Shown piece by piece: positions 1-11,400 of a stretch of DNA of 35,675 nucleotides. The stretch comes from Candidatus Micrarchaeaceae archaeon (GTDB lineage: Archaea; Micrarchaeota; Micrarchaeia; Micrarchaeales; CABMGC01), in the NCBI GenBank assembly GCA_038730205.1, contig JAVYRW010000002.1, forward strand, positions 1 to 35,675. The letters are read 5' to 3'. Every line of letters starts with the position of its first letter. Within the stretch, counting starts at the first letter, position 1. The notes beneath the pieces are model-generated. The model did not search any database. It was not told where the DNA came from and saw only the letters and a program-made list of their open reading frames with translations. The translations under genes were made by a program, and so were the position numbers.

Positions 1-2580
1 ACACCACCACAAAGATACTCATTCAAACTTATAAAAGAAGAAAAAAATATATTAGTTACGGCACCTACCGGAAGCGGTAAAACATTTTCTGCTTTTACCG
101 GAATACTTAGCGATTTAATGGATTTATCAATAGCAAACAAACTAGAGGATAAAATATACTGTATTTATATCTCTCCTTTAAGGGCGCTAAACAACGATAT
201 TTTTAGAAATTTAAGCGAACCACTTGAACAAATATTTTCTGAATTATCTATCCCTCTAAAAAAAATAACAGTTGGAATACGAACTGGAGATACTCCTCAA
301 AAAGATAGGCAAGCTATGTTAAGAAAGCCACCAAACATTCTAGTAACTACTCCAGAAAGTTTAGCAATATTAATAAACTCTCCAAAATTTTTAGAAAATA
401 TGAAATCAGTAAAATACATAATAATAGATGAAATGCATGAACTTGCAAGTAATAAACGCGGTGTACATTTATCTTTATCTATAGAAAGACTTGCTGATTT
501 AATAGGTCACGATTTTATTAGAATAGGTTTAGGTGCTACGTTATCACCTTTGGAAGAAGCAGCTAATTATCTTGTGGGTTATGATAAAAACGAAAAAGAA
601 AGGGATTGTTATATAATAGACGCTACTTGGGATAAAAAAATGGAGTTTATGGCAATGAGTCCTGTTAAAGATATAATTAATACTAAAGATGAAACTATAG
701 AAAAAAATATTTATTCTATACTTGACGGTATAATTAAAGAAAATAAAACTACACTTATATTTACAAATACAAGAAGTGGTACTGAGCGTGTTTCTTATAA
801 TCTAGAAAAAAGATTTAAATACGGCGAAGACAAAATAGCTGCCCATCACGGTTCTTTATCCAGAGAAACAAGATTAGGAGTTGAAGAACAACTAAAGAAA
901 GGTAAATTAAAATGTGTTGTTTCATCTACTAGTTTAGAATTAGGAATTGATATTGGTACTATAGATAATGTAATACAAATAGGTTCACCAAAAAGTGTAG
1001 CCCGAGCTGTACAAAGATTTGGAAGAAGCGGTCATAGTTTTAATGATGTTGCTGCTGGCGAAGTAATAGTGACTAATAGAGATGATCTTGTAGAATGTTC
1101 TGTTATGCTTGATGCAGCTAAAAAACATCATATAGACACATTCAGAGTACCTAAAAATGCACTTGATGTTTTAGCTCAACATTTAGTTGGTATGTCACAA
1201 AACAAAAAATGGACTGTAGATGAAGCTTTTTCAGTAGTAAGAAGATCCTATGCTTATCACACACTAGATAAAAGTGATTTTATATCTTTATTAGAGTATT
1301 TATCTGGAATGTATGTTGGTTTAGAAAGCAGAAGAGTTTATGCAAAAATATGGTACGATGAAAAGGAAAAAACAATAGGAAGAAGAGGCAAACTAACCCG
1401 TTTAATATACTTTTTAAACTTAGGAACAATACCTGATGAAGTAGCAATAGATGTAATGGGTAAGGACAATAAATGGATAGGGAGTATTGAAGAGGAGTTT
1501 CTTTCTAGATTAAAACCTGGAGATATTTTTGCATTAGGCGGTAAAACATATAGATTTGAATATGCAAAAGTAATGAAATGTTATGTTTCAGCAGCACCAG
1601 GTTCAATACCTACAATACCTCCGTGGTATTCTGAACAATTACCATTAACTTATGAACTTGCAATAGAAATAGGCAAGTTTAGGGACATTCTTTCTAAATC
1701 AATTACATCTAATAAAAAAACAAAAAAACAAACTAAAAAAACTACATTAGATCTCTTATCTAAAAATATGTTAAAACCTAATGAAGAAAGCAAAAAAATA
1801 TTAGACTCTATGCCCATAGACAAAAATGCAAAGAACTCGATATATAATTACTTTGCAGAACAACTTTTTTATACTGGTTATGTGCCTACTGATAAATTGA
1901 TTTTAATAGAAATGAGTTATGACGATAATGAAGACAGAGAACTTATAATTTTTCACTCACTTTTCGGTAGAAGAATTAACGACGCTTTATCTAGAATATT
2001 TGCGATGATTTTAAGTGAAAAAGCAGAAATGGAATTGGGTTTAAGTATTAATGATAATGGTTTTGTAATTGGTCTTCCAAGGAAAAATTCAATAAGTAAG
2101 AAAATTATAGAAGAAACTATTAAAGATGTAAGCGAAATAAACGCGCTTCATTTGCTGAAATCAAATATTAAAAAAACAGAAATGATGCGAAGACGATTTA
2201 GGTATAACGCTGCAAGAAGTTTTATGATACTACGAAATTACAAAGGTAAAAAAATTAGTGTCAGAAAACAACAAATCAACTCACAGTTAATATTAAAAGC
2301 AGCAGAAGAAATAAGTCCAAATTTTCCAATAATTAAAGAAACATATAGAGAAATATTTGAAGATTTAATGGATCTTCCAAGAGCCAAACAAATACTAAAT
2401 TCAATAGGAAAAAAAGATATAGAAATAAAAATAATTAAGACAGAAATTCCTTCTCCATTTTCTCACATGATGATAACTATGGGCGAAGCTGATGTAATTC
2501 TAATGAAAGATAGGAGAAAACATCTGCGTGAATTAAGACAACAAGTTCTAAAAAATATAAGTAAAAGCGGATTTTTATGA
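1..2580 (+). CDS. lhr: Lhr-family DExH-box ATP-dependent helicase (5' end cut by window edge)
   Basis: Frame 1 is open from nt 1. Nt 61-84 encode Walker A APTGSGKT upstream of the ORF-track ATG at 118, so the true start lies outside the window. Motif II IIDEMHEL (DExH), motif III LGATLS and motif VI QRFGRSGH are present, followed by a long C-terminal DEAD/H-associated-type region typical of Lhr. Confidence 0.9.
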   Translation, partial: TPPQRYSFKLIKEEKNILVTAPTGSGKTFSAFTGILSDLMDLSIANKLEDKIYCIYISPLRALNNDIFRNLSEPLEQIFSELSIPLKKITVGIRTGDTPQKDRQAMLRKPPNILVTTPESLAILINSPKFLENMKSVKYIIIDEMHELASNKRGVHLSLSIERLADLIGHDFIRIGLGATLSPLEEAANYLVGYDKNEKERDCYIIDATWDKKMEFMAMSPVKDIINTKDETIEKNIYSILDGIIKENKTTLIFTNTRSGTERVSYNLEKRFKYGEDKIAAHHGSLSRETRLGVEEQLKKGKLKCVVSSTSLELGIDIGTIDNVIQIGSPKSVARAVQRFGRSGHSFNDVAAGEVIVTNRDDLVECSVMLDAAKKHHIDTFRVPKNALDVLAQHLVGMSQNKKWTVDEAFSVVRRSYAYHTLDKSDFISLLEYLSGMYVGLESRRVYAKIWYDEKEKTIGRRGKLTRLIYFLNLGTIPDEVAIDVMGKDNKWIGSIEEEFLSRLKPGDIFALGGKTYRFEYAKVMKCYVSAAPGSIPTIPPWYSEQLPLTYELAIEIGKFRDILSKSITSNKKTKKQTKKTTLDLLSKNMLKPNEESKKILDSMPIDKNAKNSIYNYFAEQLFYTGYVPTDKLILIEMSYDDNEDRELIIFHSLFGRRINDALSRIFAMILSEKAEMELGLSINDNGFVIGLPRKNSISKKIIEETIKDVSEINALHLLKSNIKKTEMMRRRFRYNAARSFMILRNYKGKKISVRKQQINSQLILKAAEEISPNFPIIKETYREIFEDLMDLPRAKQILNSIGKKDIEIKIIKTEIPSPFSHMMITMGEADVILMKDRRKHLRELRQQVLKNISKSGFL

Positions 2581-3323
2581 TTTTAGATAAAAATGTAGAG
2601 ATAATTGAAGGTCTTCCTGTTATTTATATAAAGTCATTATCTGCAATAGTTTGTTCTGATTTACATTTAGGTTACGAAGGTGTTTTTGCTGATTCTGGAA
2701 CATTTCTTCCAAAAAGAAATTTATCACATATAATGAAAATTCTTAAAATTGCAAAAGAAAAAACAAATGCAAACACATTAATAATAACTGGTGATATCAA
2801 AAATGACTTTTCAAAAGTACATACTGAAGAATTAAATGAGTATTTTGATTTAATATCTTATATAAAATTAAAGTTAAAAATTGAAGATATAAAAATAATA
2901 AAAGGTAATCATGATAATTTTATAGATTCAATAAATAAAGATAATGTTAAAATATACTCTAAAGAAGCAAAACTAGCAGATTTCATTTTTATACACGGTT
3001 CAGAACTGCCACAATCAAAAAAATTTGATTTTCTTATTATGGGCCATATACATCCATCCTTATTTCTTATATCCGATACAGGAAAAAAAGAAAAACTTAA
3101 ATGTTTTTTATTTGGTAAAAATAAAAACAATCAAAAAATATTGGTTATACCAGCTATGAGTTATTTTTCAGAAGGACTCAGTGTAAATTTAGAAAGAGTA
3201 GATAGAATGGCTCCAATTTTTAAAGAAATCTTTAATATTGATGAATTACAGGCATTATGCATAGGCGAAGGAGAAACATTAGATTTTGGCAAAATAGGTA
3301 ATCTTAAAAAATTGATGAATTAA
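2577..3323 (+). CDS. Calcineurin-like metallophosphoesterase, SbcD/Mre11-related (PdeM-like, Lhr-associated MPE)
   Basis: Phosphoesterase motifs occur in canonical order: CSDLHLG, TGDIKND, GNHD, GHIHP. The start overlaps the lhr stop as ATGA (2577-2580). Confidence 0.8.
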   Translation: MILDKNVEIIEGLPVIYIKSLSAIVCSDLHLGYEGVFADSGTFLPKRNLSHIMKILKIAKEKTNANTLIITGDIKNDFSKVHTEELNEYFDLISYIKLKLKIEDIKIIKGNHDNFIDSINKDNVKIYSKEAKLADFIFIHGSELPQSKKFDFLIMGHIHPSLFLISDTGKKEKLKCFLFGKNKNNQKILVIPAMSYFSEGLSVNLERVDRMAPIFKEIFNIDELQALCIGEGETLDFGKIGNLKKLMN

Positions 3324-3755
3324 ATGATGAATTTGTTAACATACGAAATACTTGTTTATACTGATGGTGCATCTAGAGATAATCCTGGGAAAAGTGCATC
3401 CGGTTATTTGATATTAGATGGTAAAAAAGAAATACTAGAAACATTTTATAATGGTAAAAAATCAAATAACGAAGCAGAATACATTGCTGTAATTTCCGCT
3501 TTAAAAAAACTTATAAAAGAAGGCAAAGAAAGTTTTCCAATAATTCTTTATTCAGATAGCGAAATAATAGTTAAACAGCTTAATAAATTATACAAAGTAA
3601 AAGATCATAAATTAATTCAATTAAATGAAGAAGTTATAAAGCTATCAAAACAATTTATGTCTTGCAAATTTGTTAATGTTCCTAGAGAAAATAAACATAT
3701 ATCAAGAGTTGATACTGCACTAAATCAACTTCTCGATTCAATTGAGGATAAATAG
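3324..3755 (+). CDS. rnhA: Ribonuclease HI (type 1 RNase H)
   Basis: YTDGAS (Asp), NNEAEY (Glu), YSDSE (Asp) and HISRVD (His/Asp) match the RNase HI DEDD(H) active-site layout. Length is 143 aa. The ATG directly abuts the upstream TAA (3321-3326 = TAAATG). Confidence 0.85.
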   Translation: MMNLLTYEILVYTDGASRDNPGKSASGYLILDGKKEILETFYNGKKSNNEAEYIAVISALKKLIKEGKESFPIILYSDSEIIVKQLNKLYKVKDHKLIQLNEEVIKLSKQFMSCKFVNVPRENKHISRVDTALNQLLDSIEDK

Positions 3756-3827
3756 TTACATTTTCTATTTTTCCATAAACTATTTATACTTTTTAATTAA
3801 TAATATCGATTGTTAAATAGTGTTCAT

Positions 3828-5354
3828 ATGTCTACTAATTCCCCAAATAATCCACAACAACCAAAAAAAGAAGGAACACGAATAAAAGCGGCAAAAGATT
3901 TTTATGACGAGGCAGGAAAAGCTTTCGAAAATAATGATTTTGAAAAATCTATAGTTTTATATACTAAAGCAATTGATGCTGATCCTAATTATGCTAGTGC
4001 TTATTTCAATAGGGCTCTTTCTTATGCAATAATAAACAAATACAAAGAAGCAACTCGCGATGCTGAAAAAGTCTTAGCATTAGAACCGGAAAGTTATGAC
4101 GCACCTTATGTAATGGGTATAATATCTGAGTATCAGCAGGATTATTCAGGAGCAAAAGAATGGTATGAACTATCTCTTAAAAGAAATCCTAATTATCAAC
4201 AAGCAAAAGCACGATTAGACCAATTAAAAAATAAATTAGATAAACCTTCAAGTGACTCCCCTATTGAATCATCTAACTTAAACATGAATACATCTAATTC
4301 TCAGATATTAGAGGAACAAAAAAATTCTACTGAAGTATCTGATGGTCAATTAAAAAAAGTAAAGTGGCACAAATCAAGCATAACATTCAAAGATGTAGTT
4401 GGAATGAAAAAAGAGAAGAAACTAATCTATGAAAATATTATACTTGCTATAAGAAAACCGGAGCTATTAAAAGCATACGGTAAAAAATTAGGTTTAGGAG
4501 TTATATTTTACGGACCTCCAGGTTGCGGTAAAACTTATTTTGTAAATGCAATTGGCGGTGAGACAAACTCAAATGTGATAATCGCAGCAATAAATGAAAT
4601 AGTTGATATGTACGCAGGTAATACGGAAAAAAACATGCATGCAATATTTGAACAAGCAAGAAAAAATACTCCGGTGGTTATATTTTTTGATGAAATTGAT
4701 GCACTTGGAGGGAAACGTGAAGGCGGAGGAGAACAACAAAGTTTTATGAGAATGGCAGTAAATCAATTTCTTCAGGAAATGGACGGTGTTGAAAAAAATC
4801 CTGAAGGTATATTTGTAATAGGCGCAACAAACCAACCTTGGGACATAGATCCCGCCCTAAAGAGAAGCAAGCGTTTTGGAGAAACTATTTATATACCTCC
4901 TCCTGACTATAAAACAAGAAAAAATGCATTTAAATACAATACACGAAAAATGCCACTTGCAGGAATAAATTTTGGAAGATTGGCAAGAGCTACAATAGGT
5001 TTTTCTCAAGCAGATATTGAAGAAATTTGTGATAAAGCTGCACTTATTCCTGCAGCAGAAGAAGATAGAACAGGAAAAAGAAGAAAAATAAAAATGAAAG
5101 ACTTTATAAGAATGATAAAAGCTCATGGAAACACATTAGATGAATGGTACTCTATGATACGAAAGGAGATAATAAGTAAAACCGAAACTCAAATTGTTGA
5201 TGGTAAAAAACAAACTACCGTAAAAGAAGGCAAATTAAATTCAGAAGAAAAACAAAAGTACAAATCATTAATAAAAGATGTAAAAAGGAACAGTAGCGGC
5301 TGGTATAAAACAATTAAAAAATTGATACGTTTCATATCAATAAATATAATTTAA
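3828..5354 (+). CDS. TPR-repeat-containing single-module AAA+ ATPase
   Basis: The N-terminus has about 3 TPR repeats (AIDADPNYASAYFNRALSY, ALEPESYDAPYVMG, LKRNPNYQQAKARL). Walker A is GPPGCGKT, Walker B is VIFFDEIDA, and the SRH is ATNQPWDIDPALKRSKRFGE. The ORF track starts at TTG 3810, but the in-frame ATG at 3828 (MSTNSP) is more plausible. Confidence 0.8.
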   Translation: MSTNSPNNPQQPKKEGTRIKAAKDFYDEAGKAFENNDFEKSIVLYTKAIDADPNYASAYFNRALSYAIINKYKEATRDAEKVLALEPESYDAPYVMGIISEYQQDYSGAKEWYELSLKRNPNYQQAKARLDQLKNKLDKPSSDSPIESSNLNMNTSNSQILEEQKNSTEVSDGQLKKVKWHKSSITFKDVVGMKKEKKLIYENIILAIRKPELLKAYGKKLGLGVIFYGPPGCGKTYFVNAIGGETNSNVIIAAINEIVDMYAGNTEKNMHAIFEQARKNTPVVIFFDEIDALGGKREGGGEQQSFMRMAVNQFLQEMDGVEKNPEGIFVIGATNQPWDIDPALKRSKRFGETIYIPPPDYKTRKNAFKYNTRKMPLAGINFGRLARATIGFSQADIEEICDKAALIPAAEEDRTGKRRKIKMKDFIRMIKAHGNTLDEWYSMIRKEIISKTETQIVDGKKQTTVKEGKLNSEEKQKYKSLIKDVKRNSSGWYKTIKKLIRFISINII

Positions 5355-5383
5355 ATTATTAATATTTCTATATATACTATACA

Positions 5384-5391
5384 TTTAAATA
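5384..5391 (+). promoter_or_regulatory. Candidate archaeal TATA box (TTTAAATA) upstream of the giant surface gene
   Basis: Consensus-like TTTAAATA lies about 38 nt upstream of ATG 5426. The region is AT-rich, so chance occurrence is possible. Confidence 0.35.
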
Positions 5392-5425
5392 TTTACATAT
5401 AAAACTATTAATTATTGGTTACTTA

Positions 5426-8400
5426 ATGAAAAATAAACTTTTGTTTAATTTATTATTTTTTTCAATTATACCCCTATTTATTTTTTCAAGTATATCTGGA
5501 GCTTCAAATCCCTATCAACCTTCAGTCATACTTAATGACAATGTAAGTAATACTTTAGTTTCAAATGTTCCGGTATTTACTACATATTTAAAAAACATAT
5601 CAACAAACGCAACAATATCCGAAAAAACATTTAATCAAAATCAACTTCCTGCAATAATATACATGCCAAATCAAACAATGCTTTATTACAAATTAGCCTG
5701 TAGTTTTACAACTGGCTCAACTACTCATTATTATCAAAATTATTCTATTAATACAGTTAATCTTCCTTGTACTGATTATTATTATGCTCTTTCAGGTTCA
5801 GAAACATTATTTTATTCGAATGGAACCACTTCTCAATATAATATTTCAACACAATCAATTACTCCAACACAACCAAATTATTCCTCAGGTGGCAGCGGGT
5901 TAGTTTCTAATTACAATGTATCTCAATTAACAAATTCTGCAACAGCCTCTTCTCAATCAATCACACAAGCATATACAAACATACTAAATCAAGCATTAAC
6001 AGGTCAAAACAGTACTACTAATTCTACATCTATTAATCAAATTTCAAACCTAATTCCTATAACTCCAGCAACAATAAATATACCTCCCCAAACTTTAATA
6101 ATACCTTTAAAAAATGGCGAACAGATAACAATAAACATACCAGAAATATCCGAGCAAATGAATGTGAGTAGTGCAATTCAAGCTGCATTTCAGTCTTCAA
6201 TGCAATCATCAATAGATACCGCAATGCAACAAGCGTCTTCTAATTTACAATCAGCCATTCAATCAGATATACAATCATCTATACAATCTAGTTTAGGTAG
6301 CACTCAAGAAACATCTGGTTTCGGCGCTGCACTTTCAGGTTCAATTTCTTCAGCAATGTCAGTAGCAATAGAGAATGAGATGTACTCCGCTCTTTCAGGT
6401 CAAATAGGTCAAAGTATAACCTCACAAACAATACCTCAGTTAGTATCAATGGCACAAGCAACAATATCCTCTAATTTAGAATCACAATTAAATACATATA
6501 TTTATCAAGGAATATACTCACTTGAACCTACAATGAGTTCTTCAGAGGTACAATCATTAACTGATTCAATAATTCCATCTGTAGTTACCGGCACAGAGTC
6601 ATCTATTGATAATTATATTACTTCGGCATTTTATTCTAATACTGGTTCTCTAATAACTCCCCAATTATTAAACACAATTTCTACACAGGCAAGCACATCA
6701 ATAATTGGTAGTGCAACAGGTTATCTTGGAAGTTACATTAACTCAAATGAACAAAACATAATTTCACAACTTCCAACACCAATAGCAAATCAACAATTTA
6801 CATCAATTATCTCATCTGCAATAACATCTAATTTAAACACAGCATTACAAAGTTCTTTACAAAACGCATTTAATGGTCAGTTCCAAACTCTTATTCAAAA
6901 TAATCTTCAAACTGGTCTCTCTAGTTTACCTACTTCTCTTCCTACACAATTAACAAACGCTGAAGTACAAAGTCTTTCATCTTCATTATCCTCTTCATTA
7001 TCACAAAGTTTAACTCAAAGTCTTAGCTCATCATTAAGTCAATCACTATCTCAAAATCTTGCATATGGTTTATCTCAAGATATATCTCAAAGCATTTCAT
7101 CTTCACTATCACAATCACTTAGTCAATCAATATCTCAAACATTTTCACAATCGTTTTCACAAAGTATAGCTCAAAGCATCTCATCTTCATTATCACAATC
7201 ATTATCACAATCATTATCCCAGGAAGTACTTAATGTAATACCGCAACAATTATCCTCATCATTTACTTCTTCATTAGAACAACAACTTGCTCCTACAATA
7301 GGTTCATCTTTAGCATCTCAAATAGGTTCAAATCTTCAAGCAGGTTTAGAACAAAGCATATCTTCCTCTATACAACAAAGTCTTTCAAGCAGTTTTGAAC
7401 AAAATATTCAGAACTCTTTATCTTCTAATTTAGAAAGTAATATTTATCCACAATTTCAAAACAATTTATTTAATAATATGAATAATTATTTGCAGCAACA
7501 ACTTCCTCAATCAATAAGCTCTTCATTGAATACAGCAATATATCAAGGCATTCAATCAAATCTACAAAATTATATATCACAAGATTTGTCTCAAAATATA
7601 CAAAGTTCATTACAAAATTCATTATCAACATTATTACCACAGTCTTTAGCAAGTAATTTAGGTACATCGATAACCGAATCAGTAGTACAATCTTTGTCAT
7701 CTTCATTATCAGAATCATTATCCCAAACATTACAAAATGGATTAAGTAATGGTTTATCACAATCAATAGGTCAATCACTTAGTCAATCATTAAGTTCAAG
7801 TCTTTACTCTTCATTTTCTACAACTCTTCCACAAACTATTTCAACATCATTAACTTCTGGAATAACTTCATATTTAGGAAGTTCATTATCCTCTAGTATA
7901 GGTCCATCATTAGCTTCATCGATAGACTCTTCTCTTTCAGGAGCACTACAAAACTCAATTTATAATGGTTTTTCAAACGGTTTAACATTACAATTACCGT
8001 CAACCTTATTTAATTATTTAGGTAGTTCTTTATCATCAACACTTTTATCTAGTATTTCAAGCTCGATAAGTTCCTCAATATCTCAATCAATAATTAGTAT
8101 TTTGCCTAACTCATTTTCTTATATAGCTTCACAAGCTATAACTAGTAATATAAATAATTTAGTTAACGGAATAGGAAACGGAATAGGTACCGGCGTTTTT
8201 TCATCAAGTACCATAACCTCAATAACTAATGGAGTTTCAATTTCTATAAGTCAAACTGTACCTACTGCTATATCCTCTGCTCTTTCAAGTGAGTTATCAA
8301 ATTATCTTCCTGGATCTTTAGGAAGTAGTTTAGGTTCTTCAATCGGACAATCTTTATCTACTTCAGTTGTTTCATCTATTAGTAATACATTTGGTTCTGC

Positions 8401-11400
8401 ATGGGCAAACTCGGGTACAAGTACAACTTCAGCAATTACTTCTTCATTGTCTACAAATCTTCAATCTACAGTAACTAACTATATGGGTTCACTTACAGGA
8501 TCAATTCAACAATCTATAAATAATTACTTAGCTAATGGTCTTTCATCATACTTAACTGGTGAGCTTTCAAGTAGCTTACAATCTATTCTTGGAAATAACG
8601 CCGCAAAAGCAATACAAATAGCATCTACTATATATAATGCATACTCAGATTACTCTTCATATTTCCAAAGTTCATCAGCTTCAATCGCATCATCATTGCT
8701 TTCAACAAGTTGGCTTTCAATATGGGGTGTTTTAGCTACCGGTAATTTTCCATTAGGTGAGTCTTTTCAAACAACATACTCCGGAGCACAAAATGATAAA
8801 ATAGTTCAAACTACATCACAAACATATCAAACATCTCAAGTAAATTCTATAAACGCAAATAATATTCAAGACTCAGAAACATATTTATCATGTCCAACTA
8901 CTATAACTAATAACAATCCAACAAACATATTTACAAATCCGGGTTCATTTGTAGGTGGGAATCAATGTATAAATCCAGTAAATTCATTAACAACACAACT
9001 TCAAATAACAACTTATGTTCATGATAGATTTTTTATACCATTCTCTACGGTAGGCGGTTTATCGATAACAAATCCTGGATTTACATTAGCTGATGTTATT
9101 TCTTATACTCCCGAGATAGATGGCGAGTTATCTAACGGTTTTTCAACAACATCTTATATATTCCAAAATGTACCTTCATTTGCGCAACATGCATTATGGT
9201 CTTGGAGTACACCTTATCCTAATTTTGCAAATGCTAAATCAACCTCTGCTACCTATACAAACGGATTCCAATTCTTGCCTTTAGTCGTTTGTAACTACAT
9301 GTTTACTTATTCAGTAACTACTAACTTAAATTGGATTAAAAATATTGACATACCATTTGAGTATTTAGGTTCTAACGGAGCAATTTTAAATGTAGGAACA
9401 CCTATACTTCCAGATTTAACTTATAATTTTAACATATCTCTTAAGAATCAAAATGGGGTTGCAGAACCAAATCTTACTAACTTTAGGTATTCTACAATAA
9501 CACCTTATCATTATTCTACACCTCAAAATACATTAGAACCATTTCCAATAACCTTACAAGGAACATTTATAGCTGCTTATAATTCTTCAGGTTCATCACC
9601 ATACGGCAGTTATGAATTTAATAGAACTGGAGAAGGAATAAATACAAATACACAAAAAGCTTATCAATTTATGTCATCAAACGATCAAATGATTTCAATA
9701 GCATCTTTACCTAACGATTACATATATGTTCTTTATTTAAATAAATCAAATGCAGGGGAAATCTTATTAACATCACAACAAGGAAATTATGATAATAACT
9801 ATGCAAATGTTACAAACGAATCTATTTCTCAAAATCCATCTCAAAACAATAGTTTGTCATTTACAAAAGAAACAAATGCTTACCAAAATAATTCTAAATA
9901 TACTGAATCATTTCAAAGTACATATAATCCTCAAATAACTGCTATATTAAATCCGTCTACTAATCAATTAACCATTCAAGGTTCTGGATTCGAACCTACG
10001 GGTTCCGTTTCTTATTATATTGTTCCTTATGTTGGTTCTCCTACTACACAATCTAACTACGATGGTCAAGTTCTTCAAAAAGGTACGGTAGAAAATTATG
10101 TTAATTCTTCAGGAAGCTTCACTAAACAAATAACCTTATCAAGTTCATTAACTAATTATCCTTATCAAATATATTTAGAAGAACAGGTAGCAATAACTTC
10201 ATCTATTGAAACCCTTGGAGGAGCTGTTCAACCTTACAATTATTATTTCTCTAATTACGCAACAATCTCTCCAAATCCTTATATAAATGCAGTTTACACT
10301 GGAAAAAGTAATACATTTTCAATAACAGGTTCACAATTTACTCCTGATAACTCTGTAACTTTAAGCTATGAAATTTTATCGACATCAAGTAGTGGTGGAT
10401 TCTTAAATGGCGCTCCGCGTTTTTATGGAACAACCTCAGTAATAGCAACAAGTACTGGTGGTATATCTGCGACACTTCCTGTTTATCCGTCAAATCAATC
10501 TTATATTGCATCAATATCGGCAATAGATTCATATACAAAAACATCGAGTAACAAAGTAAATATTCAAGTAAGTTCATCAAACAAAGTTGAAAAATCTTTA
10601 GGTACTTATGACATAGCAGTCTTCAGAGTTTACAATAATACTTATTATAACACAACAATTCCATTACCCAATAACGATATTTCATGTGGATCTTCTAGTT
10701 CTGGTTGCCAAAGTATATGGAATACAGAATGGGATAATTATTGGTCAACAATTATAGATAAAGGAGGAGGAAATATAGAACAAGTTAATAATATACCTTT
10801 ACACATAAATGACATTGTAAATCCGATATCAACGTACAGGGCATTTAATTTGTATAATATATCTCTAGATTATCAAGGAGATATTTTTATAGCAAGTACA
10901 GAAACATATGATGGCGTAACAAACAGTTTAATAATGAAATATACAAATAGAAACGATGTTTCTCCAAATGTAAATACATTAAATAATTTATATTGTACTT
11001 CTATTTCATGTTTAACACCCTCATTTAATTACAAAGATACAATAAATAACAATCAATTAAATGAAATAGCCGTCTCGCCTAACGGTGCACAAGTTTATCT
11101 TGCATCACCACAAATAGGTGCAATATATGTGTTTAGTGGTAATGATCTTTCATATTCAAGTACGATAAATTTAGGTTTCTTTAAAGATTCTTCAGGAGCT
11201 CCACCTTCACCAACAACCTCTTCATCAAATCCAATAGGTACTCCTGCTCTAGCTTCATTGAATATTTACTACTGGTTACAAAACGGTGGTCTTTATGGTC
11301 AAACACCTGATTGGTTAAGTAGCTATAACCTACAACCTACCTATGATTTAGATAAAAATTCATTTCACAGGCCTTTAGCTATAAGAGATATTAATGGATA

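Noticed and set aside
2909-3130. A 73-aa minus-strand ORF inside the metallophosphoesterase gene. The same class includes 4569-4835, 4857-5126, 7470-7778, 10338-10580, 16596-16796, 18645-18842, 21112-21309, 28059-28250 and 34509-34715.
   Set aside because: These ORFs lie antisense within well-supported genes. Their translations are low-complexity and rich in Phe, Ile, Leu, Cys and Tyr, with no motifs. Such shadow ORFs are expected in AT-rich coding DNA.
3810-3827. TTG or GTG starts proposed by the ORF track at 3810, 15446, 26460 and 31035.
   Set aside because: Each is followed within 1-9 codons by an in-frame ATG (3828, 15449, 26487, 31044). The ATG gives a more typical N-terminus and better spacing from TATA-like elements. 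The choice is not decisive without TSS data.
1-5354. The Lhr/MPE/RNase HI/AAA block as an anti-phage defence island.
   Set aside because: All four look like housekeeping repair or chaperone-type enzymes. I saw no hallmark defence partners such as methyltransferase, restriction, TIR, Cas or toxin domains. The repair or R-loop interpretation is more parsimonious.
6160-8700. The possibility that the periodic Ser/Gln-rich region is a CRISPR array or non-coding tandem repeat.
   Set aside because: It lies inside an uninterrupted 8.9-kb reading frame. The period is 12 nt with degenerate codons, and there is no repeat-spacer architecture. No CRISPR-like arrays were seen anywhere in the window.
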